Below, piece after piece: positions 1 through 10,704 of a stretch of 37,234 bases of DNA. The stretch is from Perkinsus olseni (lineage: Eukaryota): assembly GCA_013115125.1 (NCBI GenBank), contig JABANN010000342.1:1-37234 (forward strand), written 5' to 3'. The notes beneath the pieces were generated by a model. It was not told where the DNA came from, did no database searches, and saw only the letters and a program-made list of their open reading frames with translations. Every line of letters begins with the position of its first letter. The first letter of the stretch is position 1. The position numbers were made by a program, and so were the translations under genes.

Positions 1-201
1 ATCGGCAGGGCGGGACGAGTCGAGTTCGACGAGTTTAGGGTGGGTCGTGTGCATCGGAGCAGGATTTGCACGTACAGATGTCAATACGTACGGATGAAAA
101 TACGTACAGATGTAGGGCTACGCGTCACACAATCGGCGAGCGCCGCTTCGACCACTCCGCTTGCCTGGCTGCTGCCAGCCTATTCATCTACTTGTCCACC
201 A

Positions 202-1121
202 ATGACGCTCAAGACTCCAAATTATGAGAAGGATCACATTTACGCGTGAGCTTCTCGCGCAGCGCTGCGCTCGTGGCGTGCAACCACCTTTGCTCTGCTG
301 ACTTGTCTTTATCCTTCGTATTCCTTTCAGATATGTGATCACGAACAGAGGGGACGGTACAGCCTCCTCGCCCAGCCATTTCTGTACCAAGCTTCACATT
401 TGGCTCGAGCTCGCTGGCCTACCTTACACCCTCATTGGGGTTGGTAGACCTGATGGCCCTTACGGTAAGTAGTCTCCTCCCCGTCATAGTCGGGGCGCGC
501 TATTGCTCTCCTCGTTCGCCTTCAGGCAAGGTGCCCTACATTGAGCTCAACGGCAAAGCGTACGGTGATTCCAGTGCTATCGTGGAGATGCTCTCGGAGA
601 AGTACAACAAGGACTTGGACGCCGACCTCACCCCCGAGCAAAAGGCAATGAGTGTGGCCGTCCAGCGCATGGTCGAGGAGCACGCTTACTTTCTTTCCGT
701 CGCCGATATCGCCTTACAGGATGGCGCCTTCAGCGTCATGGTCAACAAGTTCCTCTCTCTCTCCGCTTTCACCAAATTGTTCGTTCCTTCACTTGTGCGG
801 AGAAATCTCAGGGGCAATCTCAATGCTCAAGGCATTGGTCGTCTCAGTGAGGCTGATCGCGGCGACAGGATGAAAAAAGACATCGCCTCCCTTTCTGGCA
901 TCCTCGGAAACAAAAAGTACTTCATGAGTGACGAGAAGCCCACTACGGTTGACGCTACTGTCTTCGGCTATTTGTGGACTGCAATGAGCACCGACACGGA
1001 GCTAACTAAGTTTAGTAATTGCCTGAAGGAGTGCAGAAAGTACGACAACCTGATGGCCTATTTTGAACGCATGCAGGAAATGATGATGAAGTCTGCTGAG
1101 AAGTGGAAGACCAAGGCATGA
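202..1121 (+). CDS. FAX/metaxin-like glutathione S-transferase-fold protein, copy 1 (exons 202-245, 331-464, 526-1121)
   Basis: Splicing at GT-AG introns 246-330 and 465-525 gives MTLKTPNYEKDHIYAYVITN...SPSHFCTKLHIWLELAGLPY...GPYGKVPYIELNG..GDSSAI (GST N-domain of FAX/metaxin type). The C-domain has LSGILGNKKYFMSDEKPTTVDATVFG. Confidence 0.88.
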
Positions 1122-1558
1122 AGGCCACTTTTGTGTTTTTTGATTGTGTTTTCTTTCAACTCTGTGTTTTGTTACCGGTTCAGTTCGCTTCTCTGTGACT
1201 TCCGCCGCACATAATGTGCGTGAGAGGGGCGAGGAAAAGAAACAGTTGTTCGCGTTCTCCCCTTCCGTTGCTTACGAGGATATCGTCTTGTGTATGCGCT
1301 AACTGCCCTTCGGAGGCGAACCGAGCCCAGCCAATGCATGGGTACAATAGTGGTGTTGAGTAGGGTATCTCGTTGCTGTTTCGACTAGTAGAGGTCCGTC
1401 TTACCAAAAAAGTTGTTGATGGTGGAGTTACATGTGATTCGGCATTTACATTTCTCGGTCGTCATAGCCTCGGATTCGAGAGTGCGACGGATCGTAGCAC
1501 AGGGGACCCTCGCCTTGGCTCTCAGCGTGAAATCTCTCTTATCTCCTGACGTTCAGTT

Positions 1559-2806
1559 ATGACTGCCACCGCGGAATCACGGAAGAAGGATCATATTTAC
1601 ATGTAGGCGTCTGGTCATTAGGGTAAGGAGTGGTATGAATATTTGATGTTAGGCACCAGTTCAGCAATAAAGGGACCGGGTCTTCTGCGACCATCAGCCA
1701 TTTCTGTGCAAAGCTGCAAGTCTGGCTGGAACTGGCGGGCTTGCCGTACACGCTGATCGACACTGAGCTGCCTGCTGGACCTTATAGTAAGCAGGGTCTT
1801 CGAAGATATGAGAGCAATCTTAGCATCCTGATGTCTGGTAACCGTGACAGCCGTAAATTGATGTAACAGCCGGCGCCCTTCACGGCGAGAGACGTGGCGT
1901 GTTCACAATGTATAGCACAATTCACGAGGCAAGGTAAAATCGACGACGTCGATTGGCACTACGCCGACAGAGCACTGGTCGTAGCAGTCGACGACAGATG
2001 GCCATCAAACTTTGATTTGACGTTCGCTGTTGAGGTTTTTGTGAAGGCGGGAATATTGGCAGGGGCTTGGCCGCTAAGTGCTCAGTCACGGGTAGCGCAA
2101 AATGTTCAAATTCATTGCACTCGGCTCGTTTTCTTCTCCGTACAGCTTGCCATTTTCTTCCTCTCACCTTAAGCCATTTTGTCCATATCTCTGTGCCAAT
2201 TTGAACTCTCGTTCTCCTGCTTCAGACAAGCTGCCTTACATCGAGCTCAATGGTGAGCAATACGGCGACACTGCGATCATCATCGACATGCTGTCCACCA
2301 AGTATGACAAGGATTTTGATAGCGGTCTAAGCAACGAGCAGAAGGCTCTCGGCAATGCTGTGAAGAGAATGTTTGAGGAACATACTTTTTTCCTCTGCGT
2401 AAACGACAGGTGGTTCAACAATCTTGACCTTTTCGGTGGTCACTTCATCGGCACGGTTCAGTCATATCCAGTTTTTATGAGGCCACTTGTGAAGCTGATC
2501 GCGAAAAGACGCCTGCTTGGTGCCACCTACACGCAAGGGGTTGGTCGCCTGCCCGAGGAGGAGAGAAAGAAGAGACTGCATGAGGACATCTCGGCCTTAT
2601 CGACGATTCTGGGCGAGAAGAAATACATCTTGTCCGATGATAAGCCCACTACTGTTGACGCCACGGTGTTCGGATTCATGTGGTGTGAGCTCGGCGTTGA
2701 CCCGGAGTACGAGAAGGTCTGTGCATTTTGCCAGGAGTGTAAGAAGTACGATAACCTGATGAGCTATTATGAGAGGATGTTGAAGTTGATGCACAGTTCG
2801 AAGTAG
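1559..2806 (+). CDS. FAX/metaxin-like GST-fold protein, copy 2 (exons 1559-1602, 1653-1786, 2226-2806)
   Basis: Same intron positions and phases as copy 1. Spliced product MTATAESRKKDHIYMHQ...SHFCAKLQVWLELAGLPY...GPYNKLPYIELNG...KPTTVDATVFG. Confidence 0.88.
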
Positions 2807-3317
2807 ATTGGTCGAAAGACTTGTTGATATCACAGTTTTTATTGAGCGAGGTAGTCGGCCGAGCTGGTCTTTTTCATCTCGACTTACGCCGCTTGCGGCC
2901 AGCTTTGGTTCACTCAGTGTAGAGTTTGTTTGTGTTGCTGAGATTTCAGTCTAGATAATAGGTAACCACAGGAGAATATGAGAGTCTAAACGTTTCTATC
3001 AATGATAGACCCTGAATGGAAAGCGAAGCGAAGACAGCTGCGTATAATCATCTGATGCTAAGACCAAGTCTGCTTTGACTCAGTTTTGGTTCCCCAGAAG
3101 TTTTCGGTGTTGTTCAGTGACCCAATTCTGGCATTCGTTTCCACAAATAGGGGAGGGGAGTGTTCGGCGAGCCGATTGTGAAGTTCAGTGTCGATTCTGA
3201 AACCGCAGTCTACATAACCAATTCCAGAGCCTGAGAAATAGTCCGCTGAACGGTGGGATGGAAAATTTGGTCATCAATTTCGGAATGAATGTGTTGAACG
3301 GTGGGAACAACGAACGG

Positions 3318-3377
3318 TGTGTGTGAGTTTATAGTCCACTGCTGACGGTTCCGGCTTAGTTAGACTCTTGCCGATGT
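3318..3377. repeat. ~60-bp dispersed repeat, copy A (copy B at 4447-4505)
   Basis: Both copies share tgtgtgtgagttt..agtcca...cggcttagttagact.....ccgatgt. Confidence 0.7.
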
Positions 3378-3791
3378 GCTCAGTTGGAGACTCTTTGTAG
3401 CGTTGACATGCGGTGCAATCAGACAGATTGTCAAGAAGCTTTCCTCAGGGGTATATTCAACCACAGAGGCTTCCTTCCCTCCTGGCACGATCCGCTCACA
3501 CAAACGGGGGACTGTGCCCACGACCGTCCCGGGGCCTGTGCGAGATTATAGCCCAACACACGGGAACCAATTTGCTCCCGTTCAATAAAGTAATTCTGAA
3601 AATTTGGACTTGATTTTTACGCGTAAAATGCGGCTTCTGAGTTCCAGAATTGGTTCACTCAACGACCCCTGGGTGATACTTTCAACGACGTGCTCATTCC
3701 CTGGGGGTAATTTCTCATTTCCGCGTCGTGGCCTGCATTGACAAGTCGAGATTTTCTTCGGCCCCTTTTCGTAATAGTTTGTACCACTCCA

Positions 3792-5975
3792 ATGTCTCCC
3801 ACACGTTACACGGTCACATCAGCGTTACTATTGCTGCTGTCGCTCTGGGCTATATTCACCTTGGTCGTGCAGGAGGAATGTGCCCTTCTACCTCCCATCT
3901 TACGTCCACTACCAGCGTCATCAAGTCCAGCCACTCACCCAGATCTTGTTTCGCTCTCACCACACTACAAGAGTGAGAGTTGGCGATTCCCGTTGATGTC
4001 GATTTCTGCGCGGTTAAAATGAATGGTCTTTCTGCTCTCGAGTGTCGTGTCAGTGATTGCTGCACGACTGTTCTCTTGCGCATGTACCATATACAGCACG
4101 ATGTGCGAGGAAAGCTTCAATTTATTGCTGCTCTGCGGCTCATCAGACCTTCCTCGGAGCCGCCTCATCCAGGTGGGGACGGCTCAGCAAGTGGCGGCGA
4201 TGCCTCCGAAGCCGAAGCCTGGGAAGAAGAAGAAAAAAAGAGGCTTCTGGGACAACGATGATGATATCAATGTTATCAGCGAGAGTAAGCCCGCTTGCCA
4301 AGGCAGCGGTATTCACAGCAACTGCCAACTCTGGGGCCTTATTTCTCTTGCTCATCACGCTCGGACATCCTCGCGTGATAAGCTTTCTCCCTCTTCCCCG
4401 CGTTGCCCTCTAGGGAGATCGAGCAAGCTGAGATTCTCAGATCTTCTGTGTGTGAGTTTGAAGTCCAGCGCCGAGAATACGGCTTAGTTAGACTAGCACC
4501 GATGTAACAAATCTCGCAACACGATCTCATCAATAACGTCTCCGATCGCCTTGTGTAAGCGTGCATAGCTGATGCCGATCGAGAGAGTAAGCACAGAAGG
4601 GAAAAAAGCTTCTCGCCTCTCCCGTCTCGCGTTGACTATGAGCAACAACAGAGAAGCAACGGTGGCGTCGTTTACGCGGATCCCAGATCTCTCAGTTCTC
4701 AGACACGTCGTACGACCTCATCAAGTTGGACTACCCTTCCGAGTATCTTTCCGAGCATGAGGTCGAACCGTATCCGCGAGAGCGACTACGCGACCTCGGT
4801 TGGCCGGGAGAGGTTCCCTTCGTCCGGGAGGACATCGAATCTTACTGTGCATGCGTGCAAGATAAGCGGATCTTGATCGCTGGCGATTCGCTCTTGCGCG
4901 GAGTTTATTCGGCCGCTGTGGAATTTCTGAAGGGCGACCGAAACTACTGTGACGATCGCTCGATACCCGGGGCCGAGAGATCGCGGTGTTCCGGTGACGG
5001 GAAGTACTGGCATGATGTTCGCACTGAGGAAGCTAAGGGGGAGGACTTGCGACGCTGCGAGAGGGTTATGAAGAACGAAGGCTCGCCCTGTTACGCGGGA
5101 AAAGTGGAAGGCCTTTGTGGAGGTGCTGCAAAGCCTGTTGCTTGCGCGCTATTCCGAACTCGAAATCAGGCAATGCATCGCTGTTCTTCACTTGGCAACC
5201 GAATAAGAGGTTTGGCGGCAACTTCGAGAAGTATCTTGAGGCCACCCTTGCACGTGACGGTGAGGTTGGCGACGCTCGTTGGTGCTGTCAGTAGCGAGCA
5301 GGTCGAGGCTTCGATTGGATCATCGCGGGCATGGGCTTCCACGAGCTTGCCAGAGTCCTTCGCATGAAGGGTGGCTGTGCAGACGCGGCCTGTCGATTCC
5401 GGAAGATGCCAGAAGGCTTCGGCAATCTCTATAGGCAATTCGTAACGTGACGGATCGAGGTCCCCGGTTCGATCCCTGGTGACTGCAACTTCTTCCCAGC
5501 TTATTGTTCGATCATTGACAGGTACGGAAGTTCTACGATGAACTAATACCAGGCTTCTCCACCCTGGGTGGGGTATGGGTCGGCATGTACGCCCGCAACA
5601 CAGCGATGGCCCTCCCAGATTTCCAAGACCAATCCAATGCTTATGTAACCGCAGCTACTCCGACGACGACGACGACACAATCGCCTGTCCCCCTCAGGTT
5701 CTGTGGCTGAACTCACTGGCGCGTAACGAGACCTCACGGCAGAGTGAAAAGAAGTATCTCGATATTTACGACCTTACCCTGCACGAACCCTTCCGCAGTT
5801 ACACGGGGGACGGGGTGGGCGTTCCCTTGTCGTCTCGCCAATCCGCTTCGCTCCGCAGGTCCACTTCCTACGACAAGTGTCCCTGGCAGTTTTCCACGGC
5901 GCAATTCGACCGCTGTGTCCGTCGGTGAAGTTACCGAGTCGCTTCGAGTCAACCCATGTCCGCATGTACACCTGA
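3792..5975 (+). CDS. SGNH/PC-esterase-like (GDS...DxxH) membrane-anchored acyl-esterase/acyltransferase, multi-exon
   Basis: N-terminal hydrophobic anchor (exon 3792-3972), ILIAGDSLLRGVY block, DWIIAGMGFHE block, and a catalytic-type DGVH formed across the last intron (..TGDG|VHFL..RPLC). Short GT-AG introns keep the frame. Linkage of the first exon to the acceptor at 4702 is inferred. Confidence 0.72.
4447..4505. repeat. ~60-bp dispersed repeat, copy B
   Basis: Aligns by eye to 3318-3377 with an identical 15-mer cggcttagttagact. Confidence 0.7.
5453..5487 (+). pseudogene. tRNA 3' half (tRNA-Phe-like) inside an 80-nt intron
   Basis: gatcgaggtc-cccgg-TTCGATC-cctgg-tgactgca reads as variable loop, T-arm and 3' acceptor strand. 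It lies in intron 5442-5521 with no adjacent 5' half. Confidence 0.6.
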
Positions 5976-6101
5976 ATGCAGTATCCTCGCGTATCTTATA
6001 TTTTGTTTTACGCCGTGGTCGACCTGGCCAGTACTTGATGGTACTACCATCAAGTACTGGCCATCATGGTAGTCGGGAGCCCTTGTCCCTGTTGCACAAG
6101 C

Positions 6102-6262
6102 TTCGTTAGCGCCGGTTACTGCTGTCAATTACAATATAATCTGAACCCTTCCATCGTCGCTAGTGGTGGTTCTCTGGGATGCTTCGTGACGGTTGTTCGT
6201 TAGCACCCGTTACTGCTGTCGATGCCTGTATAATTGAGACCAACGTAGGGTCGCTGGTGGAC
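6102..6262. repeat. Diverged ~94-bp tandem duplication upstream of carboxylesterase 1
   Basis: ttcgttagcgccggttactgctgtc (6102) versus ttcgttagcacccgttactgctgtc (6196), with further similarity downstream (tataat..., gtcgct.gtgg). Confidence 0.6.
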
Positions 6263-6372
6263 GCACTGGTTTTCTGAGATTCTTCAAGGTGACCGTCTTA
6301 CCCGTGCCATCATCGCGTTTTTTCATTCTCCTCATCCATTTGACTTGTCGATCAGTTGTTTTTTTGACAAAA

Positions 6373-8334
6373 ATGCGCTTCTTCGTCGGACTGTGCGTCT
6401 CGGCGATCGCCTTAAGCCTCTCGGGGTGTTCAAGTTCGTCCACAACCACTACAACGACGACCACTCCTAAGCCTCCATCACCTTCCAAGACCGCTACTAC
6501 TGCATCGCCCCTACCCAAGGGCGAAGTCGCGATCTCGAACGGCCGCGTGTCGGGAATTAGCGTAGCGAAGAACGAGACCAAGCAGCAACCTATCATCCAG
6601 GACGTCGAGGTTTTCTATGGTATCCCCTTCGCCAAGGCCCCTGTGGGTGACCTGCGATTCAAGGCCCCTCAGGAGTTCGATCAGAAGTGGAGCTCGGTCA
6701 AGAAGATGGACACTAAGAAGAGTCAATGCCCGGACAAGTACGGCGACGGTGATGAGGACTGCCTCTTCCTCAATGTCTGGCGGCCGGCCAATGCGACGGT
6801 CGGGTCGAAGCTGCCGGTTATGGCTTGGATTTTTGGCGGTGGATTTGTAGACGGCAACGCCGCGTCCTCGGATTACGATGGCAGCGCTCTGGCCTCGCAG
6901 CATAATGTTGTGGTTGTCACGATGAACTACCGGCTGGGCGATTTGGGCTACTTTGCGTCCCCCGCTTCCTTGGACGAGGAAGGGACGACTGGTAACTGGG
7001 GACAGATGGATCAGCAGATGGCATTGAAGTGGATACAGAAGAACATCGGTGCCTTCGGTGGCGATAAGGACAGAGTTTTGCTCTTTGGTGAATCTGCTGG
7101 TGCCTTTAGTGTCGTCTGGCATATCGCCGCGCCGAGCAGTGCTGGTCTGTTCCACTCGGCTGTACTCGAGTCTAGTACCAGTCATACCGATATCTTCTTC
7201 CAACAACCTCAGGATGCTTATCGTTATTATGACTGGGTCGCCAAGGAACTCGTCGGCTGCAAAGACGCCAACGATATGGACTGCCTCCGCAAGGCCGACG
7301 CCTCCAAGTTCACTCTTCCTAAGAACGTGAGGTTCGACCCCGAAAAGTGTCCCGAGTGGGGCTCTCCGATCTTCCCGATGATGCCGGTTGGGCCGTGCAT
7401 AGACGGCAAGATTCTTCCTGATGTACCGCTGAACATGGTCAAGAAGGGCAAGTTCAACAAGGTCCCCACCGTCATCGGCACCAACCGTGACGAGGGCACT
7501 GCCTTCGTCGCCGGTCTCTCTGGCGTCGTCCCCGGCGTTCCACGACAACCGGACATGGACGATGTCCATACTCTGCTGTTCTACATGCTGCAGAGCGAAG
7601 ACGCTGTGAACGAGGCGCTGGCGGCTTATCCCGTAGCGGATTATGCTACTACTTACGGTACGGAGAACCAAGGCTTCGAGCTGGGCTCGGAGATGATTCG
7701 AGATGCTATCTTCCACTGTCCTAGTCAGGAGCTTGCACAGGCCATATCCGACAATGGTGGTGACGCGTATGTTTATCTTTTCAATATGGACCCTATCTTC
7801 CCTAAGTGGGTCGACAAGATCAACACTGGCAATCGGCCTTTGTTCGGGTTTGGCAACTTCACCCCTGAGCAGATGGGCACCTTCCATTCTTCTGAGATTC
7901 CCTTCGTCTTTAAGCGCTTTGAGGACCACGGTGTGAATATGAAGAAGCCGGACATGTACGAAATCTACATGGGCCATCCTCCGCGTGTCGCCGGTGATAT
8001 CTACCATCAAGTATCCGACAAGATGTCTTGCATGTGGGCGAGTATGGCGGCCAGTGGGAAGCCTGTTGGTGGTGATGTGTCGTGTCCGCCCAGGCCTGAT
8101 CTTCCTGACTGGGGAAAGTACTTGGGTAACCCGAGTAATCCTCTCGGTCAGTACTTGCATCTGGGTCGTGATGTGAAGATGGATCCTCTGGTCAAGGACA
8201 ACGCGTACCCTCACTCTGAGTTCGCCAGCAAGGACGTGTGTAAATTCTGGAACGCACAGCAGTTCAGATTCCATGACCTGCGCAGTGACCTCACCGATAC
8301 TAGCTCTGATGACAAGGCACCCATCATCGTGTAA
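6373..8334 (+). CDS. Type-B carboxylesterase/cholinesterase-family protein, copy 1 (intronless, signal peptide)
   Basis: FYGIPFA..P.GDLRF, EDCLFLNV, WIFGGGF oxyanion hole, GESAG nucleophile, NRDEG acid, FHSSEIPFVF His. ATG 6373 starts a hydrophobic signal ending LSGC followed by an S/T-rich linker. Confidence 0.95.
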   Translation: MRFFVGLCVSAIALSLSGCSSSSTTTTTTTTPKPPSPSKTATTASPLPKGEVAISNGRVSGISVAKNETKQQPIIQDVEVFYGIPFAKAPVGDLRFKAPQEFDQKWSSVKKMDTKKSQCPDKYGDGDEDCLFLNVWRPANATVGSKLPVMAWIFGGGFVDGNAASSDYDGSALASQHNVVVVTMNYRLGDLGYFASPASLDEEGTTGNWGQMDQQMALKWIQKNIGAFGGDKDRVLLFGESAGAFSVVWHIAAPSSAGLFHSAVLESSTSHTDIFFQQPQDAYRYYDWVAKELVGCKDANDMDCLRKADASKFTLPKNVRFDPEKCPEWGSPIFPMMPVGPCIDGKILPDVPLNMVKKGKFNKVPTVIGTNRDEGTAFVAGLSGVVPGVPRQPDMDDVHTLLFYMLQSEDAVNEALAAYPVADYATTYGTENQGFELGSEMIRDAIFHCPSQELAQAISDNGGDAYVYLFNMDPIFPKWVDKINTGNRPLFGFGNFTPEQMGTFHSSEIPFVFKRFEDHGVNMKKPDMYEIYMGHPPRVAGDIYHQVSDKMSCMWASMAASGKPVGGDVSCPPRPDLPDWGKYLGNPSNPLGQYLHLGRDVKMDPLVKDNAYPHSEFASKDVCKFWNAQQFRFHDLRSDLTDTSSDDKAPIIV

Positions 8335-8724
8335 CGACCCTGTTGTACATTGGCTCTTTAGTTTTCTGATACACCCAAACCTTCGTGTCTGTTGTTTGAC
8401 TGCAAGGCAACTTCGGTATTCCATTTAGTCCAGGTTTTTTGCCTCGTAGTAGTTGTTGTCTTGCGAATCAAGCTGAATGCTTCTTTTGTCACCCCTCCAA
8501 TGTGTCGGTTAGAACAGTCTCTGAAGGCTTTTGTTAGTCAAAGACGGTCGGAGAATGGGGAGATTCGGCGGTGGCTAACGGGACATTTTTTGTGTCGATG
8601 TGCATGCGTGCAAGGTCGTCGCTGTAGTCGGGAGCTGACTGAGTTAGAAAAGAACCTTCGTAGCAATTGGGTGGGACATCACTGAGACTGGCATAGTGGT
8701 AAGTTCTTCCTTTCATCGTTTCTC

Positions 8725-10704
8725 ATGAGACTTTCCCCTCCGATAACTGCAGCCGTAGCGGCATTGGCTCTGGGGCTCTCAGGATGTTCTTCGAGTAAAT
8801 CCAGGACTACTCCGGTACCCTCTCAAAGCGACACGACCTCGCCCGCCACTGTTGTCCCTTCGACCAGTCCAACCCCACTGGTTGCGAGTGTTGACGCTCC
8901 CATGGGTCCAATGGCCGGCCTCATTATCCACGCCAACGACACGTTTCAACAACCCATCATACAGGACGTGGAAGCCTTCTACGGTATACCGTTTGCTGAG
9001 CCTCCCCTTGGTGACTTGAGGTTCCGTGCGCCGCAGGCGTTGAATGACGGTTGGACGCCGACTAGGTTGATGGACACTAAGAAGAGCCATTGTGTTGACT
9101 CGACCGGTGGTGGTCACGAGGACTGCCTTTACCTGAACGTGTTCCGACCGGCTAACGCGAGAGCTGATTCGAGCCTCCCAGTGATGGCTTGGATCTTCGG
9201 CGGTGGTTTCGTCAACGGTGACGCGGCTAACTCCAATTACGATGGTAGCGCTCTGGCCTCGGAGCACAACGTCATTGTTGTTGCTATGAACTACAGGCTG
9301 GGCAACTTCGGTTATTTTGCTTCGGGCTCTTCCTTGGATGAGGAAGGGACGACTGGTAACTGGGGACAGATGGATCAGCAGATGGCATTGAAGTGGATAC
9401 AGAAGAACATCGGTGCCTTCGGTGGCGATAAGGACAGAGTTTTGCTCTTTGGTGAATCTGCTGGTGCCTTTAGTGTCGTCTGGCATATCGCCGCGCCGAG
9501 CAGTGCTGGTCTGTTCCACTCGGCTGTACTCGAGTCTAGTACCAGCCATACCGATATCTTCTTCCAACAACCTCAGGATGCTTATCGTTATTATGACTGG
9601 GTCGCCAAGGAACTCGTCGGCTGCAAAGACGCCAATGATATGGACTGCCTCCGCAAGGCCGATGCCTCCAAGTTCGTTCTACCAGCAGATGTTCGCTTCG
9701 ACGCGACCAAGGCTCCCGAATGGGGATCGCCGATCTTCCCTATGATGCCGGTTGGGCCGTGCATAGACGGTTCTATCCTCCTCGACACCCCTCTGAACGT
9801 GGTCAAGGCTGGCAAGCACAACAAGGTCCCTACAATTGTCGGTGTTAATCGCGATGAGGGCACTGCCTTCGTTGCTGGGTTGTCGGGAGTGATGCCGAAC
9901 GTCCCCAAGCAGCCGACCATGGAGGACGTCCGTACCATACTTTTCTATGTTCTTCAAGACGAGGATGCGGTTGATGAGGCGCTCGAGAAGTACGCTCTGA
10001 ACAACTACGATGATATCTATGGCGAAGTCAACCAGGGCTTCGAGCTAGCCTCGGAGATGATCCGAGATGCGATCTTCCACTGCCCGAGTCGTGCTCTGGC
10101 CAAGGCCCTCAGCGATCAGGGCGGCGACGCTTACGTCTATCTGTTCAATATGAATCCAATTTTCCCTAAGTGGATTCAGGAGATCAACACCGGTGATCAT
10201 GGTATGTTCGGCTTCGGTAACTTCACCCCTGTGCAGATGGGCACATTCCACTCCTCTGAGATTCCCTTCGTTTTCAAGCGTTTCGACCAGCGCAGCATGA
10301 GCCTTCTCAGCATGGACCTTAGCGTCGACATGTATCAAGCGTACATGGGCCATCCTCCTCGAGAGCCCGGTGATGCCTTCCACAGAGTGTCCGATCAGAT
10401 GTCGTGTATGTGGGCTAACATGGCTCACAGCGGTGTGCCTGTAGGTGGCGAAGCGGTCTGCCCGCCCAATCCGCAGCTGACCCAATGGGGCACCTATGTG
10501 GGTAACGCCAGCAACAGCCTTGGTCAGTATCTTCACTTGGGAAGGTCGGTCGAGATGATGCCTGTCAAGCAGACCGTCTACTATCCCGTTTCTGAGTTCG
10601 CGAGCGCTGAGAAGTGCGAATTCTGGGATGCCCATGACTTCGTCTTTCACAACCTAAGGGCTGATCTTGACGAACCTTCTGCTACTACGACGGTCATCGT
10701 TTGA
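8725..10704 (+). CDS. Type-B carboxylesterase/cholinesterase-family protein, copy 2
   Basis: Same motifs (EDCLYLNV, GGG, GESAG, NRDEG, FHSSEIPFVF) in an intact 659-aa ORF. Signal ends LSGC. Confidence 0.95.
   Translation: MRLSPPITAAVAALALGLSGCSSSKSRTTPVPSQSDTTSPATVVPSTSPTPLVASVDAPMGPMAGLIIHANDTFQQPIIQDVEAFYGIPFAEPPLGDLRFRAPQALNDGWTPTRLMDTKKSHCVDSTGGGHEDCLYLNVFRPANARADSSLPVMAWIFGGGFVNGDAANSNYDGSALASEHNVIVVAMNYRLGNFGYFASGSSLDEEGTTGNWGQMDQQMALKWIQKNIGAFGGDKDRVLLFGESAGAFSVVWHIAAPSSAGLFHSAVLESSTSHTDIFFQQPQDAYRYYDWVAKELVGCKDANDMDCLRKADASKFVLPADVRFDATKAPEWGSPIFPMMPVGPCIDGSILLDTPLNVVKAGKHNKVPTIVGVNRDEGTAFVAGLSGVMPNVPKQPTMEDVRTILFYVLQDEDAVDEALEKYALNNYDDIYGEVNQGFELASEMIRDAIFHCPSRALAKALSDQGGDAYVYLFNMNPIFPKWIQEINTGDHGMFGFGNFTPVQMGTFHSSEIPFVFKRFDQRSMSLLSMDLSVDMYQAYMGHPPREPGDAFHRVSDQMSCMWANMAHSGVPVGGEAVCPPNPQLTQWGTYVGNASNSLGQYLHLGRSVEMMPVKQTVYYPVSEFASAEKCEFWDAHDFVFHNLRADLDEPSATTTVIV

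Noticed and set aside
435-525. N-termini of the provided ORFs 435-1121, 2102-2806 and 6289-8334
   Set aside because: They read through intron or upstream sequence from non-ATG starts. Spliced or ATG-based models fit the paralogs better.
3370-3390. tRNA 5' half partnering the intronic 3' half (split tRNA)
   Set aside because: The D-arm is incomplete and the acceptor strand pairs poorly with tgactgc.
6511-8424. 637-aa antisense ORF (and similar ones at 8779-9570 and 10045-10650)
   Set aside because: These shadow the esterase genes, arise from codon bias, have no recognisable motifs and are not continuous in the paralogs.
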